A stretch of 64,000 nucleotides of DNA, taken from NCBI GenBank assembly GCA_016463765.1, contig JAEMQS010000017.1, forward strand, positions 10,168-74,167, written 5' to 3'. Shown here one piece after another: positions 11,447-20,938 of this stretch. Under the pieces are notes generated by a model. That model had not been told where the DNA came from. It did not search any database and saw only the letters and a list, made by a program, of their open reading frames with translations. Origin of the DNA: Solirubrobacteraceae bacterium (lineage in GTDB: Bacteria > Actinomycetota > Thermoleophilia > Solirubrobacterales > Solirubrobacteraceae). Positions within the stretch are counted from its first letter, which is position 1; every line of letters starts with the position of its first letter. Position numbers and translations under genes: made by a program.

Positions 11447-13393
11447 TCAGCCCGCGTTGCGCAGCTTCCAGTTGCGCAGGACGTCCTCGACCTGCGGCAG
11501 CGACGTGTCGCGCACCGACGAGCTGTTGGCGAACGTCAGGCGGAAGCGCCGGCCGCCGAGCCGGCCGCTGATGACGTTGCCGTTGGCGCTGATCCGGACC
11601 GTGCCCGAGACCGCGCCGCCACCGCGGACCGACAGCGAGGCCGTGCCGCGGACGGGCACGGTGCCCGAGACGCGGACGTTGCGGATGTACTGCACGCTGC
11701 GCAGGCGCTGCGTCCCGCTGCTGGTGACCGTGGCCCGGCCGCCACGCAGACCGGCGACCGCCCGCGGGGACCGGCCAAAGTCCAGCGAGGTGCCGAGGAT
11801 CTGACGTCGGACGTCATCGGCGGTCAGCAGGACGGTGGCGAGCGTGCGCCCGAGGCGTCCGGAGGTTCCGCGCACCGTGGGCGCCCCGCTCAGCGTGGCC
11901 GGCGCCCGGGGAACCGGGGTGAAGAGGTTGTCCGCGTTCGTGCACTGGCTGACGGGCTGGTTGCCGAAGAACTGCTGCACGGCGCGCTTGGCGCAGTCCT
12001 CGTCGGAGATCTCGCTGCCGAGGACCGAGTGCCCGGTGTACGGGACCCCGACGGTCTGCGACCCCGAGATCCGCGCGCCGACCGCCTGGGCGTCGGAGAG
12101 CGGGGTCCGCAGGTCGGCGTTGCCGTTGAGGATGAGCGTCTGCGCGGGAGGCAGCGTCCCGTTGACCACGGGCGCCGGGCCGGCGTTCGGCCAGCCCTCA
12201 CAGAGCGCGAGCAGGGTGGACTCTCGGGCCGTCGTGCGGTCGAAGGGCAGGAAGGCGTTCGGCCCGATGCTGTTCAGCGCGGCGCGCAGCTGCGCGTCAC
12301 GCGTCCGGGCGTCGGCGTCGCGCGCCCACGGGAAGGGCAGCTCCTCGCAGGTCGTGGCCGCGTACAGCGCGGTGTTGACGCCCTCGTCATCGGCCTGGGA
12401 CGCCGTGAGGCCGCTGAGCCGGGCCACGAGGCGCGTCAGCTGCCAGTTGTTCCCGCGCTTGGCGTTCGCTAGGGCGGCGGGCAGTTCGGCGCGCAGCGTG
12501 GGGTTCAGGTCGCCCGCGACGAGGACGCTGAGCAGGTCGTCCCGGCCGAACGTGCCGCTGGCGGTGCGGCCGTTGGACCGGATGAAGCTGCCCCGCAGGT
12601 TGCCGCGCTGCATCTTGCGCACGACGTTGCGCAGGTCGCTCGTGGCCGAGTTCGTGATGCCGCGGCACGCGCTGCGGGAGCACAGCTCGCCGAGCACGCG
12701 CGAGATCGACCCGAAGGTCGAGCGCTGGAGCGGGTCGGGACCCTCGGGCGTCACGACGGAGTCGAGCACGAGACGCTCGACGCGCTGCGGGTAGGCCGCC
12801 GCGTAGGCGAGGGCGACCTTCGTGCCGTAGGACACGCCGTAGATGACGAGCTTCTCGTAGCCGGCCGCGATCCGGAGATCCTCGATGTCCTGGGCGCTGT
12901 CGTTCGTGGTGAAGAAACGGCGGCCCGCGCCGAGCTGGGATGCGCACTGGTTGGCCAGCGACGTCAGCGAGCTGGCGGAGTCACGCTGGAAGGCGCCGCA
13001 CGTCAGCGGGTTCGACCTGCCGGTGCCGCGCTGGTCGAACACGAGCAGGTCGCGGTTGGTCAGCGCCGGGGCGAGCGTCGAGGCGAAGTCGGTGGCCAGC
13101 GGGGCGGCCGCCTGGCCGGGGCCGCCGGCGAGGGCGACGACGGCCGAGCGCTCGGGGTTGCTCGATGCCGCGGCGCGGATGACGTTCAGGCTCACCGCGC
13201 CCGGCACGCCGCCGCTGCGGTCCAGCGCCACGGGCACCTGTGCGCACTGGTAGCCCTGCGGCTGCGCGCACGCGCGCCACGCGACGTCCGCCTGCGCGGG
13301 CGCCGCAGCGAGCCCGGCCGCGAGGGCGACCAGCGGCGCCGCAAGGGCGGCGAGGGACAAACGACGACGGGACAAGTCGGGCGACCGTAGCAA
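11447..13393 (-). CDS. Secreted alpha/beta hydrolase (TAP-like peptidase)
   Basis: Signal peptide, GGPG, DQRGTG, GVSYG nucleophile, DLRTP, GHS. Confidence 0.87.
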   Translation of the reverse strand: MLRSPDLSRRRLSLAALAAPLVALAAGLAAAPAQADVAWRACAQPQGYQCAQVPVALDRSGGVPGAVSLNVIRAAASSNPERSAVVALAGGPGQAAAPLATDFASTLAPALTNRDLLVFDQRGTGRSNPLTCGAFQRDSASSLTSLANQCASQLGAGRRFFTTNDSAQDIEDLRIAAGYEKLVIYGVSYGTKVALAYAAAYPQRVERLVLDSVVTPEGPDPLQRSTFGSISRVLGELCSRSACRGITNSATSDLRNVVRKMQRGNLRGSFIRSNGRTASGTFGRDDLLSVLVAGDLNPTLRAELPAALANAKRGNNWQLTRLVARLSGLTASQADDEGVNTALYAATTCEELPFPWARDADARTRDAQLRAALNSIGPNAFLPFDRTTARESTLLALCEGWPNAGPAPVVNGTLPPAQTLILNGNADLRTPLSDAQAVGARISGSQTVGVPYTGHSVLGSEISDEDCAKRAVQQFFGNQPVSQCTNADNLFTPVPRAPATLSGAPTVRGTSGRLGRTLATVLLTADDVRRQILGTSLDFGRSPRAVAGLRGGRATVTSSGTQRLRSVQYIRNVRVSGTVPVRGTASLSVRGGGAVSGTVRISANGNVISGRLGGRRFRLTFANSSSVRDTSLPQVEDVLRNWKLRNAG

Positions 13394-13437
13394 GGGAGGT
13401 ACCTTCGGGACGAAGATTCAACGAAGAAGGGATCCGC

Positions 13438-13830
13438 GTGTCCGAACCCCGCCGCACCCCGATCGATGCGCCCGACGCTCCAACAGCCGTGGGACCTTAC
13501 TCCCACGCGGTGTCGGCAGCGGGGCTGCTCTTCTGTAGCGGTCAGGTTCCTCTGGACCCGGTCTCCGGGGAACTCGTCGAAGGCGTCGCGGGGGTCCAGG
13601 CGCGGCGCTGCCTGCAGAACCTCGAAGCGGTCTGCGCGGCCGCTGGCGCCCGGTTGGCCGACGCCGTGCGCTGCACGGTCTACCTGACGGACATGGGCGA
13701 CTTCGCGGAGGTCAACGAGGTGTACGCCGAGTTCTTCCCCGCCGCGCCTCCGGCACGCGTGGCGGTCGCGGTCTCGGCACTGCCGAAGGGCGCGAACGTC
13801 GAGATCGACGCGATCGTGGCGCTCAGCTGA
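13438..13830 (+). CDS. ridA: RidA/YjgF family imine deaminase
   Basis: GPYSHAV, SGQVPLDP, VNEVYAEFF, PAR, LPKGANVEIDAI; GTG start 13438. Confidence 0.9.
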   Translation: MSEPRRTPIDAPDAPTAVGPYSHAVSAAGLLFCSGQVPLDPVSGELVEGVAGVQARRCLQNLEAVCAAAGARLADAVRCTVYLTDMGDFAEVNEVYAEFFPAAPPARVAVAVSALPKGANVEIDAIVALS

Positions 13831-13831
13831 C

Positions 13832-13856
13832 GGTTGTCCGCCGGCCCGCCCGGGTA
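13832..13856 (+). promoter_or_regulatory. SigB/SigF-type promoter (GGTTG-N15-GGGTA)
   Basis: GGTTG 13832-13836, 15 nt spacer, GGGTA 13852-13856, ATG 10 nt later. Confidence 0.55.
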
Positions 13857-13866
13857 GCCAGCGAGC

Positions 13867-14046
13867 ATGGACGACACCACACGCACAGACCAGAAGCCGG
13901 GCGTCGGCGCCGAGGGCGGCGATTCGGAGGAGAAGAACATTCCACCGGCCGCGCCCAACCCGGACGGCGACAGCGCACTCGGGGATTCCGACCAGCACTC
14001 GAAGGTCCCGACGCCGTCGGCCGACGAGGTCGTCGACACGCCGTAG
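13867..14046 (+). CDS. Small acidic hydrophilic protein (59 aa), not in the ORF track
   Basis: ATG 13867 to TAG 14046: MDDTTRTDQKPGVGAEGGDSEEKNIPPAAPNPDGDSALGDSDQHSKVPTPSADEVVDTP; fills the intergenic gap. Confidence 0.6.
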   Translation: MDDTTRTDQKPGVGAEGGDSEEKNIPPAAPNPDGDSALGDSDQHSKVPTPSADEVVDTP

Positions 14047-14049
14047 GAC

Positions 14050-15486
14050 TCAGGATTCGCCGCGCAGCAAGGCGCGGCGGATCTTCCCGCTCGCGGTCTT
14101 GGGGAGGTCGTCGGCGAACTCGATGACGCGCGGGTACTTGTACGGCGCGGTCTCGGCCTTGACGTGGTCCTGCAGCGCCCGGGCCAGGTCCGCGCCGGGC
14201 GCGAAGCCGTCGCGCAGCACGACGACCGCGCGGACGATGGACCCGCGCTCCTCGTCGGGGGCGGCGACGACCGCGGCCTCGGCCACGGCGTCGTGGGACA
14301 CCAGCGCCGATTCCACCTCGAACGGGCCGATTCGGTACCCGGCGCTGATGATCACGTCGTCGGCGCGCCCCTCGAAGTACAGCCAGCCGTCGTCGTCGGC
14401 GTGGACGCGGTCGCCCGTGCGCCACGGCGTCGCCAGATCGCGCGGCGGCTCGCCCAGGTACCCCAGGAAGAACGTCGGGACCGTCGCCGGGTCCAGGACC
14501 AGCTCGCCCTCGTCGACCCACGCGCGGACGCCGGGCAGCGGGCAGCCCATCGACCCCGGACGCGGCGGTTGACCCAAGGGCGCGCTGGTCGTCTGACCGG
14601 TCTCGGTCTGGCCGTAGCCGTCGCGCACGTCCACACCCACCGCGGCGCGCCATGTGCGCAGCACCTCGGGGTTCAGCGCCTCGCCCGCGGCCACGGCGGT
14701 GCGCAGCGGGAGCGGGCGCAGTTCCGTGCGCTTGGCCATGACGCGGTACTCCGTGGGCGCCATGCAGAGGACGTCGACCCGCTCGCGCTCGAGGATCTCC
14801 AGCCGCTCGGCGGGGTCGAAGCGATCGTCGTGCAGCAGCGCGGCGGCGCCCTGCAGCCAGGGGGCGACGAAGACGTTGCGCGCCGACTTCGACCAGCCGC
14901 TCGCCGCGGTGCACCAGGCCAGCTCGCCCTCGCGCGCGCCGAACCAGTGCTCGGCCTGGACGTGCTGACCTGCGAGGTAGCGGACGCCGTGCACGACGCC
15001 CTTCGGCGCCCCGCTGGTGCCGCTCGTGAAGACGATGACCGCGGGGTCGGTGGGGGTGAGGTCGGCGGCCGGCGCGGGCGCCGCGTCGTACAGCGCGTCG
15101 TCGGGGACGAGGAGGACGTCGACCTCGGGCCCGGCCGCTTCGAGCTCGGCGCGGTTGCGCACGTCGGCAATGACGAGCTTCGGCCGGGCCACGTCCAAGC
15201 GCAGGCGCAGGTCCTTCGCGCGGAGCATCTCGTTGCCCGGCAGCGCGACCGCGCCCAGCCGCCAGCACGCGAGCATCGCGAAGACCCAGTCCGGCCGGTT
15301 GCCGATGAGCGTCATCACGACGTCGCCGCGGCCGACGCCTCGGCCGGCCAGCGCGCCGGCCAGGCGAGCGGAGCGGTCGGCCACCTCACCGAAGGTCCAG
15401 TCGCGGCGGCTGCCGTCGCGGGCGAGTTCGAGCAGCGCGCGGCGCTCGGGGGGCGCGGACTCGACGAGGGCGGCGGCGACGTTCAC
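14050..15486 (-). CDS. AMP-forming acyl-CoA synthetase (medium-chain/ACSM-like)
   Basis: FTSGTSGAPKG, DGYGQTET, TGD, GRADD, PKTASGKI; GTG start 15486. Confidence 0.9.
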   Translation of the reverse strand: MNVAAALVESAPPERRALLELARDGSRRDWTFGEVADRSARLAGALAGRGVGRGDVVMTLIGNRPDWVFAMLACWRLGAVALPGNEMLRAKDLRLRLDVARPKLVIADVRNRAELEAAGPEVDVLLVPDDALYDAAPAPAADLTPTDPAVIVFTSGTSGAPKGVVHGVRYLAGQHVQAEHWFGAREGELAWCTAASGWSKSARNVFVAPWLQGAAALLHDDRFDPAERLEILERERVDVLCMAPTEYRVMAKRTELRPLPLRTAVAAGEALNPEVLRTWRAAVGVDVRDGYGQTETGQTTSAPLGQPPRPGSMGCPLPGVRAWVDEGELVLDPATVPTFFLGYLGEPPRDLATPWRTGDRVHADDDGWLYFEGRADDVIISAGYRIGPFEVESALVSHDAVAEAAVVAAPDEERGSIVRAVVVLRDGFAPGADLARALQDHVKAETAPYKYPRVIEFADDLPKTASGKIRRALLRGES

Positions 15487-15497
15487 GGCACGCGACG

Positions 15498-15791
15498 CTA
15501 GCCGGGGAGGTCGGCGAGGCGGTCGTCCCAGTACGCCTCGTACTCGACGATCCACTCGCGCACGACCCGCAGGGCCGACGGTTCGAGCCGGTACAGGCGG
15601 CGGCGGCCGTCCCGCCGCGCGGCGACGAGCCCCGCCTCGCGCAGGACCTTCAGGTGCTGGCTCAGCGACGGCTGGGTGATCCGCACGTGCGCGCCGAGAT
15701 CGCCCGCGCTCATCTCGCCGTCGCGCAGCTGATCGAGGATCGCGCGGCGGGTGGGGTCGGCGATCGCGTGGAAGGGGTCTCGGGGCGCCAT
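15498..15791 (-). CDS. ArsR/SmtB family regulator
   Basis: FHAIADPTRRAIL, QPSLSQHLKVLREAGLV. Confidence 0.92.
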   Translation of the reverse strand: MAPRDPFHAIADPTRRAILDQLRDGEMSAGDLGAHVRITQPSLSQHLKVLREAGLVAARRDGRRRLYRLEPSALRVVREWIVEYEAYWDDRLADLPG

Positions 15792-15804
15792 CTCTGCCCC
15801 AAAA

Positions 15805-15824
15805 ATATAGGCAGTTGCTTATAT
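15805..15824. promoter_or_regulatory. ArsR-type operator palindrome
   Basis: ATATAGGCA-GT-TGCTTATAT (1 mismatch), AT-rich, 13 bp upstream of arsR. Confidence 0.7.
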
Positions 15825-15914
15825 GGGCGACACCGCCGGGCATCGAGGGCCGATCGGAGCTATCCTCGTTGGTCCGTCCCGCTGCCTTTTGACCGACGAC
15901 TGGAGACCCAGACC

Positions 15915-17126
15915 ATGGCCGTCGCCGCCCCCACGTACAAGGACAAGACCGAGGAGCAGGAGGCCATCACGCAGATGGTCCGCCAGTTCGTCGACGAGCA
16001 GATCCTCCCGAACGCCGAGAAGTACGACCACGAGGATTCCTACCCGCAGCCGATCGTCGAGCAGATGCAGGAGCTCGGCCTCTTCGGCGTCACGATCCCC
16101 GAGGAGTACGGCGGCATGGGGCTGGACCTCACGACGTACTGCATGATCGTCGAGGAGCTCTCGCGCGGCTGGATCTCGATCTCCGGGATCATCAACACGC
16201 ACTTCATCGGCACGTACCTCCTCATGAAGTTCGGCACCGAGGAGCAGAAGGCGCACTACCTGCCGAAGATGGCGACGGGCGAGATCCGCGCGTCGTTCTC
16301 GCTCTCCGAGCCCGAGGCCGGCTCCGACGTCCAGGCGATCAAGACGACCGCCACGAAGACCGGCGACGACGCCTGGGAGATCAACGGCGCGAAGATGTGG
16401 GTCACGAACGGCCTCATGTCGTCCGTCTGCTTCGTGCTCGTCCGCACGGACCCGAACGCGCAGCCCGCCTACAAGGGCATGACGTGCTTCATCGCCGACA
16501 AGGAGTCGGGCGTCGGTGAGAACACCGGCGAGCTGAAGGGCTTCAACGTCCCGCCGAAGATCAAGAAGATGGGCTACAAGGGCGTCGAGTCCACCGAGCT
16601 CGTCTTCGAGGGCTACAAGCGCACCGACGGCGACATCCTCGGCGGCGAAGAGGGCCTGAACAAGGGCTTCGTCCAGATGATGGACGCGCTCGAGGTCGGC
16701 CGCGTCAACGTCGCCGCCCGCGGCGTCGGCATCGCGCAGCGCGCGCTCGAGCTGGCCCTGCGCTACTCGCAGGAGCGCAAGACGTTCGGCAAGCCGATCG
16801 CCGAGCACCAGGCCATCCAGTTCAAGCTCGCCGACATGGCCACGCAGATCGAGGCCGCGCGCCTCGTCACGCTGAAGGCCGTCCGCATGAAGGACGCCGG
16901 CGAGCGCTCGGACCTCGAGGCCGGCATGGCGAAGCTGCTGGCGTCGGAGACGGGCCGCATGTGCGTCGAGGAGTGCTTCCGCATCCACGGCGGCTACGGC
17001 TACTCCAAGGAGTACGAGATCGAGCGCCTGTACCGCGACGCGCCGCTGCTGCTCATCGGCGAGGGCACGTCGGAGATCCAGCGGATGGTCATCGGCAAGA
17101 AGCTCTTGCAGCGCAACAAGATCTGA
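15915..17126 (+). CDS. mcd: Acyl-CoA dehydrogenase, likely methylsuccinyl-CoA dehydrogenase (actinobacterial EMC type)
   Basis: ACAD motifs with catalytic IGEGT. GWISISGIINTHF, KMGYKG and EVGRVNVAARG match the Streptomyces ccr-operon dehydrogenase as I recall it; EMC context. Confidence 0.72.
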   Translation: MAVAAPTYKDKTEEQEAITQMVRQFVDEQILPNAEKYDHEDSYPQPIVEQMQELGLFGVTIPEEYGGMGLDLTTYCMIVEELSRGWISISGIINTHFIGTYLLMKFGTEEQKAHYLPKMATGEIRASFSLSEPEAGSDVQAIKTTATKTGDDAWEINGAKMWVTNGLMSSVCFVLVRTDPNAQPAYKGMTCFIADKESGVGENTGELKGFNVPPKIKKMGYKGVESTELVFEGYKRTDGDILGGEEGLNKGFVQMMDALEVGRVNVAARGVGIAQRALELALRYSQERKTFGKPIAEHQAIQFKLADMATQIEAARLVTLKAVRMKDAGERSDLEAGMAKLLASETGRMCVEECFRIHGGYGYSKEYEIERLYRDAPLLLIGEGTSEIQRMVIGKKLLQRNKI

Positions 17127-17146
17127 GGCTTGTAGGGTCTTCGCGC

Positions 17147-17521
17147 ATGAGCTCCTCGGAGGACGCGAAGACCCTCATCGAGACGGCCGTGCGCCGGTTC
17201 CTCGAGGAGGTGCCGGCGCTCGAGCCCATCAAGATCGTCGCGGTCGTCGAACTGCATGGCCGCGGCGACGTGCAGGTCTACCGGCTCGAGATGCCCGGAA
17301 CGAAGGTCACGAAGGGCGACGACCCGGCGGCGCGCGTGCGCGTCGAGATGCCGCGGGCGTTCTTCAACATCATGGCCAAGGAGGCGCACATCGCCGATTG
17401 GCGTGAGGCGTTCACGTACGGCCAGGCCAAGGCCACCGGCAACCGGCAAGTGCTCCAGCTCATCGAGCGCGTCGTCGCCAAGCAGGAAGAGCGCGGCCGC
17501 ACGCGCCGCGCCAGCCACTGA
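17147..17521 (+). CDS. Hypothetical protein (SCP2-like fold possible)
   Basis: ATG 17147 after TAGGGT; WREAFTYGQAKATG resembles the SCP2 C-terminus. Confidence 0.6.
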   Translation: MSSSEDAKTLIETAVRRFLEEVPALEPIKIVAVVELHGRGDVQVYRLEMPGTKVTKGDDPAARVRVEMPRAFFNIMAKEAHIADWREAFTYGQAKATGNRQVLQLIERVVAKQEERGRTRRASH

Positions 17522-17529
17522 CGGCTGGG

Positions 17530-18015
17530 TCAGAGCGCGGCCAGGCGCTCCAGCGCGAACTCCGCCTCGAAGGCGAGGCGGTCCGGCAGCTCATCGAGGG
17601 CGAACCACGCGGCGTCCGCGAGCTCGGAGTCCTGGAGCACGAGTTCGCCGCCCGGCCACTCGCCGAGCAGCACGGTGACCGTGTCCTTCTTGTGCAGCGC
17701 CTCGCTGTAGATGTCGCCGAGCGGCGTCCACGTCGTGATCTCCCCGCCGATCTCTTCGCTGACCTCGCGGGTCGCCGTCAGGTCGGCGGGCTCGTCGGCG
17801 TGACGGCCGCCACCGGGCAGGCCCCACGCCTCGCGGTCGCCGTAGGTGTGGCGGACGAGCAGGATGCGGCCGTCGCCGTCACGCAGCAGGCACTTCACGC
17901 CGAACACCGCGGGCCGGCGGACGTACCAGTAGCCCCGCGCGAGGTGATGGCCGTAGCGGTAGGCGACGCGCAGCACGGGCGCCGGGAGGGTGGGCAGCGC
18001 GGCGGGAAGCTTCAT
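17530..18015 (-). CDS. NUDIX hydrolase
   Basis: WGLPGGG...E...ATREVSEEIG Nudix box; ATGA overlap with fpg. Confidence 0.88.
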   Translation of the reverse strand: MKLPAALPTLPAPVLRVAYRYGHHLARGYWYVRRPAVFGVKCLLRDGDGRILLVRHTYGDREAWGLPGGGRHADEPADLTATREVSEEIGGEITTWTPLGDIYSEALHKKDTVTVLLGEWPGGELVLQDSELADAAWFALDELPDRLAFEAEFALERLAAL

Positions 18016-18842
18016 CGCTGTTCCTCCGGGCACCACCACGTCGTCCGGCCACCGACCTTGCCGCGCACCAGCGGCGCGCCGCAGCGCGGGCAGTGCCCGT
18101 CGCGCCGGCGGTGCTCGATGAGGGTGCCGGTGTGCACGCCTCCGAGGCGGATCGCGTCGCGGGTGGTGGCGCGGATCGCGCGGCGCAGGCGGTTCAGCTC
18201 GTCGTCGTCGAGCTCACCCGCCGCGCGCACGGGGGAGAGCTCGGCACGCCACAACGCCTCGTCGGCGAGCAGGTTCCCGACCCCGGCCAGGACCGACTGG
18301 TCCATGATCCGCGCCTTCAGCGGCGCGTCGCCACGGCCGACGCGCTCGCGGAAATCGGCGGCGGAGATCTCGGCGGCGTCGGGGCCGAGATGGGTCAGGT
18401 CGGGGTTCAGGACCGCACGGCCGAGCCGGCGCTTGTCGAACAGCACGAGACGGCCGCCGTCGGCGAACTCCAGCGTGAAGCGCGCCCAGGCCGGGTCCCC
18501 GGAGAGCCTCGGGTCGGGGTGGCCCCCCGCCTCTACAGCCTCACGGGCCTCGGCCGCGCTCAGCGGGTCGCCCGCGTGCGCGCCGTCGATGATGATCCGG
18601 CCCGCCATCCCGAGGTGCAGGCCGAGGCTGGGCCCTTCGCCGTCGTCGGTCTCCACCCACATCGACTTGCCGATCCGGTTGGCGGCCGTGAGCGTCCGGC
18701 CGCTGAGCGCGTCGGCGAGCTCGCCGGGCGCGTGGGGGCGGCACACGTACGTGTCCGCGTCGTCGACGACGGCGATCTCGCGCTGCAGCGCGGCGCGGGC
18801 GATCAGGGCGCGCGCGGCTTCGACCTCGGGCAACTCGGGCAC
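18012..18842 (-). CDS. Fpg/Nei DNA glycosylase
   Basis: N-terminal PELPEV, HLGMAG, AGVGNLLADE (H2TH), CPRC...C finger. Confidence 0.92.
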   Translation of the reverse strand: MPELPEVEAARALIARAALQREIAVVDDADTYVCRPHAPGELADALSGRTLTAANRIGKSMWVETDDGEGPSLGLHLGMAGRIIIDGAHAGDPLSAAEAREAVEAGGHPDPRLSGDPAWARFTLEFADGGRLVLFDKRRLGRAVLNPDLTHLGPDAAEISAADFRERVGRGDAPLKARIMDQSVLAGVGNLLADEALWRAELSPVRAAGELDDDELNRLRRAIRATTRDAIRLGGVHTGTLIEHRRRDGHCPRCGAPLVRGKVGGRTTWWCPEEQR

Positions 18843-18868
18843 ATGGCCACGGTATTAGCATCAGCGCC

Positions 18869-19456
18869 GTGGACGAGCTGACCGCCTATGCCACCGCACT
18901 GGGCGTCTCGGCCGCTGCGGGTCTGAACGCCTGGATCCCGCTGCTGACGATTGGGCTGCTCTCGCGCTTCACCGGCGTGATCGAGCTGACCGGCGACTGG
19001 GATCTGCTCGAACAGACCTGGCTGCTGGCGCTGCTCGCGGCCATCGGCGTGGCGGACTTCGTCGGCGACAAGGTCCCGGCCATCGACCACGTGCTCCACG
19101 CCGCCGGCACGGTGACCGCGCCGATCGCCGGGACCGTGGCGGCGCTCGCGGCGACGGGGGGAGAGGCCTCGCCGGTGGTCGTCGCGGTGCTGGCGATCTT
19201 CACCGCGGAGTTCGCGCACGGCACCCGCGCGGCGCTGCGGCCGATCTCGACGGTGGGTACGGCCGGCACGGCGACGCCCGCGGTCTCCGCGGCTGAGGAC
19301 ACCGGATCGGCGGCGCTGAGCGTGGTCGCGCTTGCCGCCCCGATCATCGCGGCGCTGGCGGTGCTCGCGGCGATGGTCGCAGCGGCGTTCGGCGGTCGTG
19401 CGCTGTGGCGCCGCCGGTCGGCACGCCGGGCGCGCTCGACACGCGGTCCAGCCTGA
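18869..19456 (+). CDS. DUF4126-like membrane protein
   Basis: AAGLNAWIPLL, DKVPAIDH, VSAAED. Confidence 0.85.
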   Translation: MDELTAYATALGVSAAAGLNAWIPLLTIGLLSRFTGVIELTGDWDLLEQTWLLALLAAIGVADFVGDKVPAIDHVLHAAGTVTAPIAGTVAALAATGGEASPVVVAVLAIFTAEFAHGTRAALRPISTVGTAGTATPAVSAAEDTGSAALSVVALAAPIIAALAVLAAMVAAAFGGRALWRRRSARRARSTRGPA

Positions 19457-19510
19457 CGGCGCACGGCTGTTCCGCCCGGTCGGTGGGCGCATCGGCGCGC
19501 AGCCGGTTGC

Positions 19511-20938
19511 ATGAGACGCACCGTGTCGTACCGCTGCACCCTCAGAGGCGAGACCTTCACCTTCGCGGATCTCCGCGAGCTGCTGGCCAAGGCCAACGAG
19601 GAGAAGTCCGGCGACGCGCTGGCGGGCATCGCCGCGAGAAGCGCCACCGAGCGGGTCGCGGCGAAGCTGGCGCTCGCTGACGTGCCGCTGCGTGAGATCG
19701 CGGACACGCCGCTCATCGACGACGACGTCACGGCGCTCATCGCCGACACCCACGACCGCGCGACGTTCGACCGCGAGTTCGCGTCGCTGACCGTCGGGGA
19801 GCTGCGCGAGCTCGTGCTCGGCCGCGCGTTCGCCGCCCGCTGGACCGACGAGGGGCTGGCGCGTGCGCTCACGCCTGAGATCGCCGCGGCGGTGGCGAAG
19901 CTCATGGGCAACAAGGACCTCGTCGTGGCCGCCGCGCCGCTGCGGACGATCACACGCCTGCGCAACACCATGGGCCAGCCGGGGGTACTGGCGGTGCGCG
20001 TGCAGCCCAACCACCCGTCCGACGCCGTCGAGGGCGTGCTGCTCTCGGCGATCGACGGCCTGCTGTTCGGCTGCGGCGACGCGATGCTCGGGCTCAACCC
20101 GGTCGACGACGGCGTGGACAGCGTCGCCTCGGTCCTCGGCGGCCTGCAGGACCTCATCGGCCGGCTCGGGGTGCCGACGCAGAGCTGCGTGCTCGCGCAC
20201 ATCACGACGCAGCTGGAGGCCATGCGCCGCGGCGCGCCCGTCGACCTGCTGTTCCAGTCGATCGCCGGGACGCAGGGCGCGAACGCGAGCTTCGGGGTCA
20301 CGCTCGACCTGCTGGCCGAAGGGCGCGAGGCGGTGGTCGCTCACCACGCCGAGCGCGAGGAGACGTTCATCGGCGAGCACGTCATGTACTTCGAGACCGG
20401 GCAGGGCAGCGCGCTGTCGGCCGGCGCCCACCACGACGTCGACCAGCTCACAATCGAGGCGCGCGCCCACGGCGTCGCCCGCGCGTATGACCCGTTCCTC
20501 GTCAACACGGTCGTCGGCTTCATCGGGCCCGAGTACCTCGCCGACGCGCGACAGATCAATCGCGCCGGTCTCGAGGACCACTTCATGGGCCGGCTGCTCG
20601 GCCTGCCGATGGGCTGCGACGTCTGTTACACCAACCACGCCGACGCCGATCAGAACTCCAACGACGACCTGCTCATGCTGCTGGCGATGGCGGGCTGCCA
20701 GTACGTCATGGGGATCCCGGGCAGCGACGACGTGATGCTCAACTACCAGTCGACGAGCTACCACGACGTCGCCGCGGTGCGCGAACTGCTCGGCCTGCGG
20801 CCGGCGCCGGAGTTCGAGGCATGGCTGGCCGAGATGGGCCTGTGGGCCGACGGTGGTCTCACCGGCGGCGACGGGCCGGTCCTCGACACCGCCGCCCGTG
20901 CCGTGGCCGAGGCCGCTCCGCGGGAGCTGCCCGCGTGA
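19511..20938 (+). CDS. eutB: Ethanolamine ammonia-lyase large subunit
   Basis: KSGDALAG, RVQPNHP, QSCVLAHIT, YFETGQGSALS, NTVVGFIGPEY, GCDVCYTNH, LNYQSTSYHD. Confidence 0.96.
   Translation: MRRTVSYRCTLRGETFTFADLRELLAKANEEKSGDALAGIAARSATERVAAKLALADVPLREIADTPLIDDDVTALIADTHDRATFDREFASLTVGELRELVLGRAFAARWTDEGLARALTPEIAAAVAKLMGNKDLVVAAAPLRTITRLRNTMGQPGVLAVRVQPNHPSDAVEGVLLSAIDGLLFGCGDAMLGLNPVDDGVDSVASVLGGLQDLIGRLGVPTQSCVLAHITTQLEAMRRGAPVDLLFQSIAGTQGANASFGVTLDLLAEGREAVVAHHAEREETFIGEHVMYFETGQGSALSAGAHHDVDQLTIEARAHGVARAYDPFLVNTVVGFIGPEYLADARQINRAGLEDHFMGRLLGLPMGCDVCYTNHADADQNSNDDLLMLLAMAGCQYVMGIPGSDDVMLNYQSTSYHDVAAVRELLGLRPAPEFEAWLAEMGLWADGGLTGGDGPVLDTAARAVAEAAPRELPA

Noticed and set aside
19457-19510. 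Cobalamin riboswitch expected before eutBC (or ecm)
   Set aside because: Intergenic regions are too short and contain no B12 box
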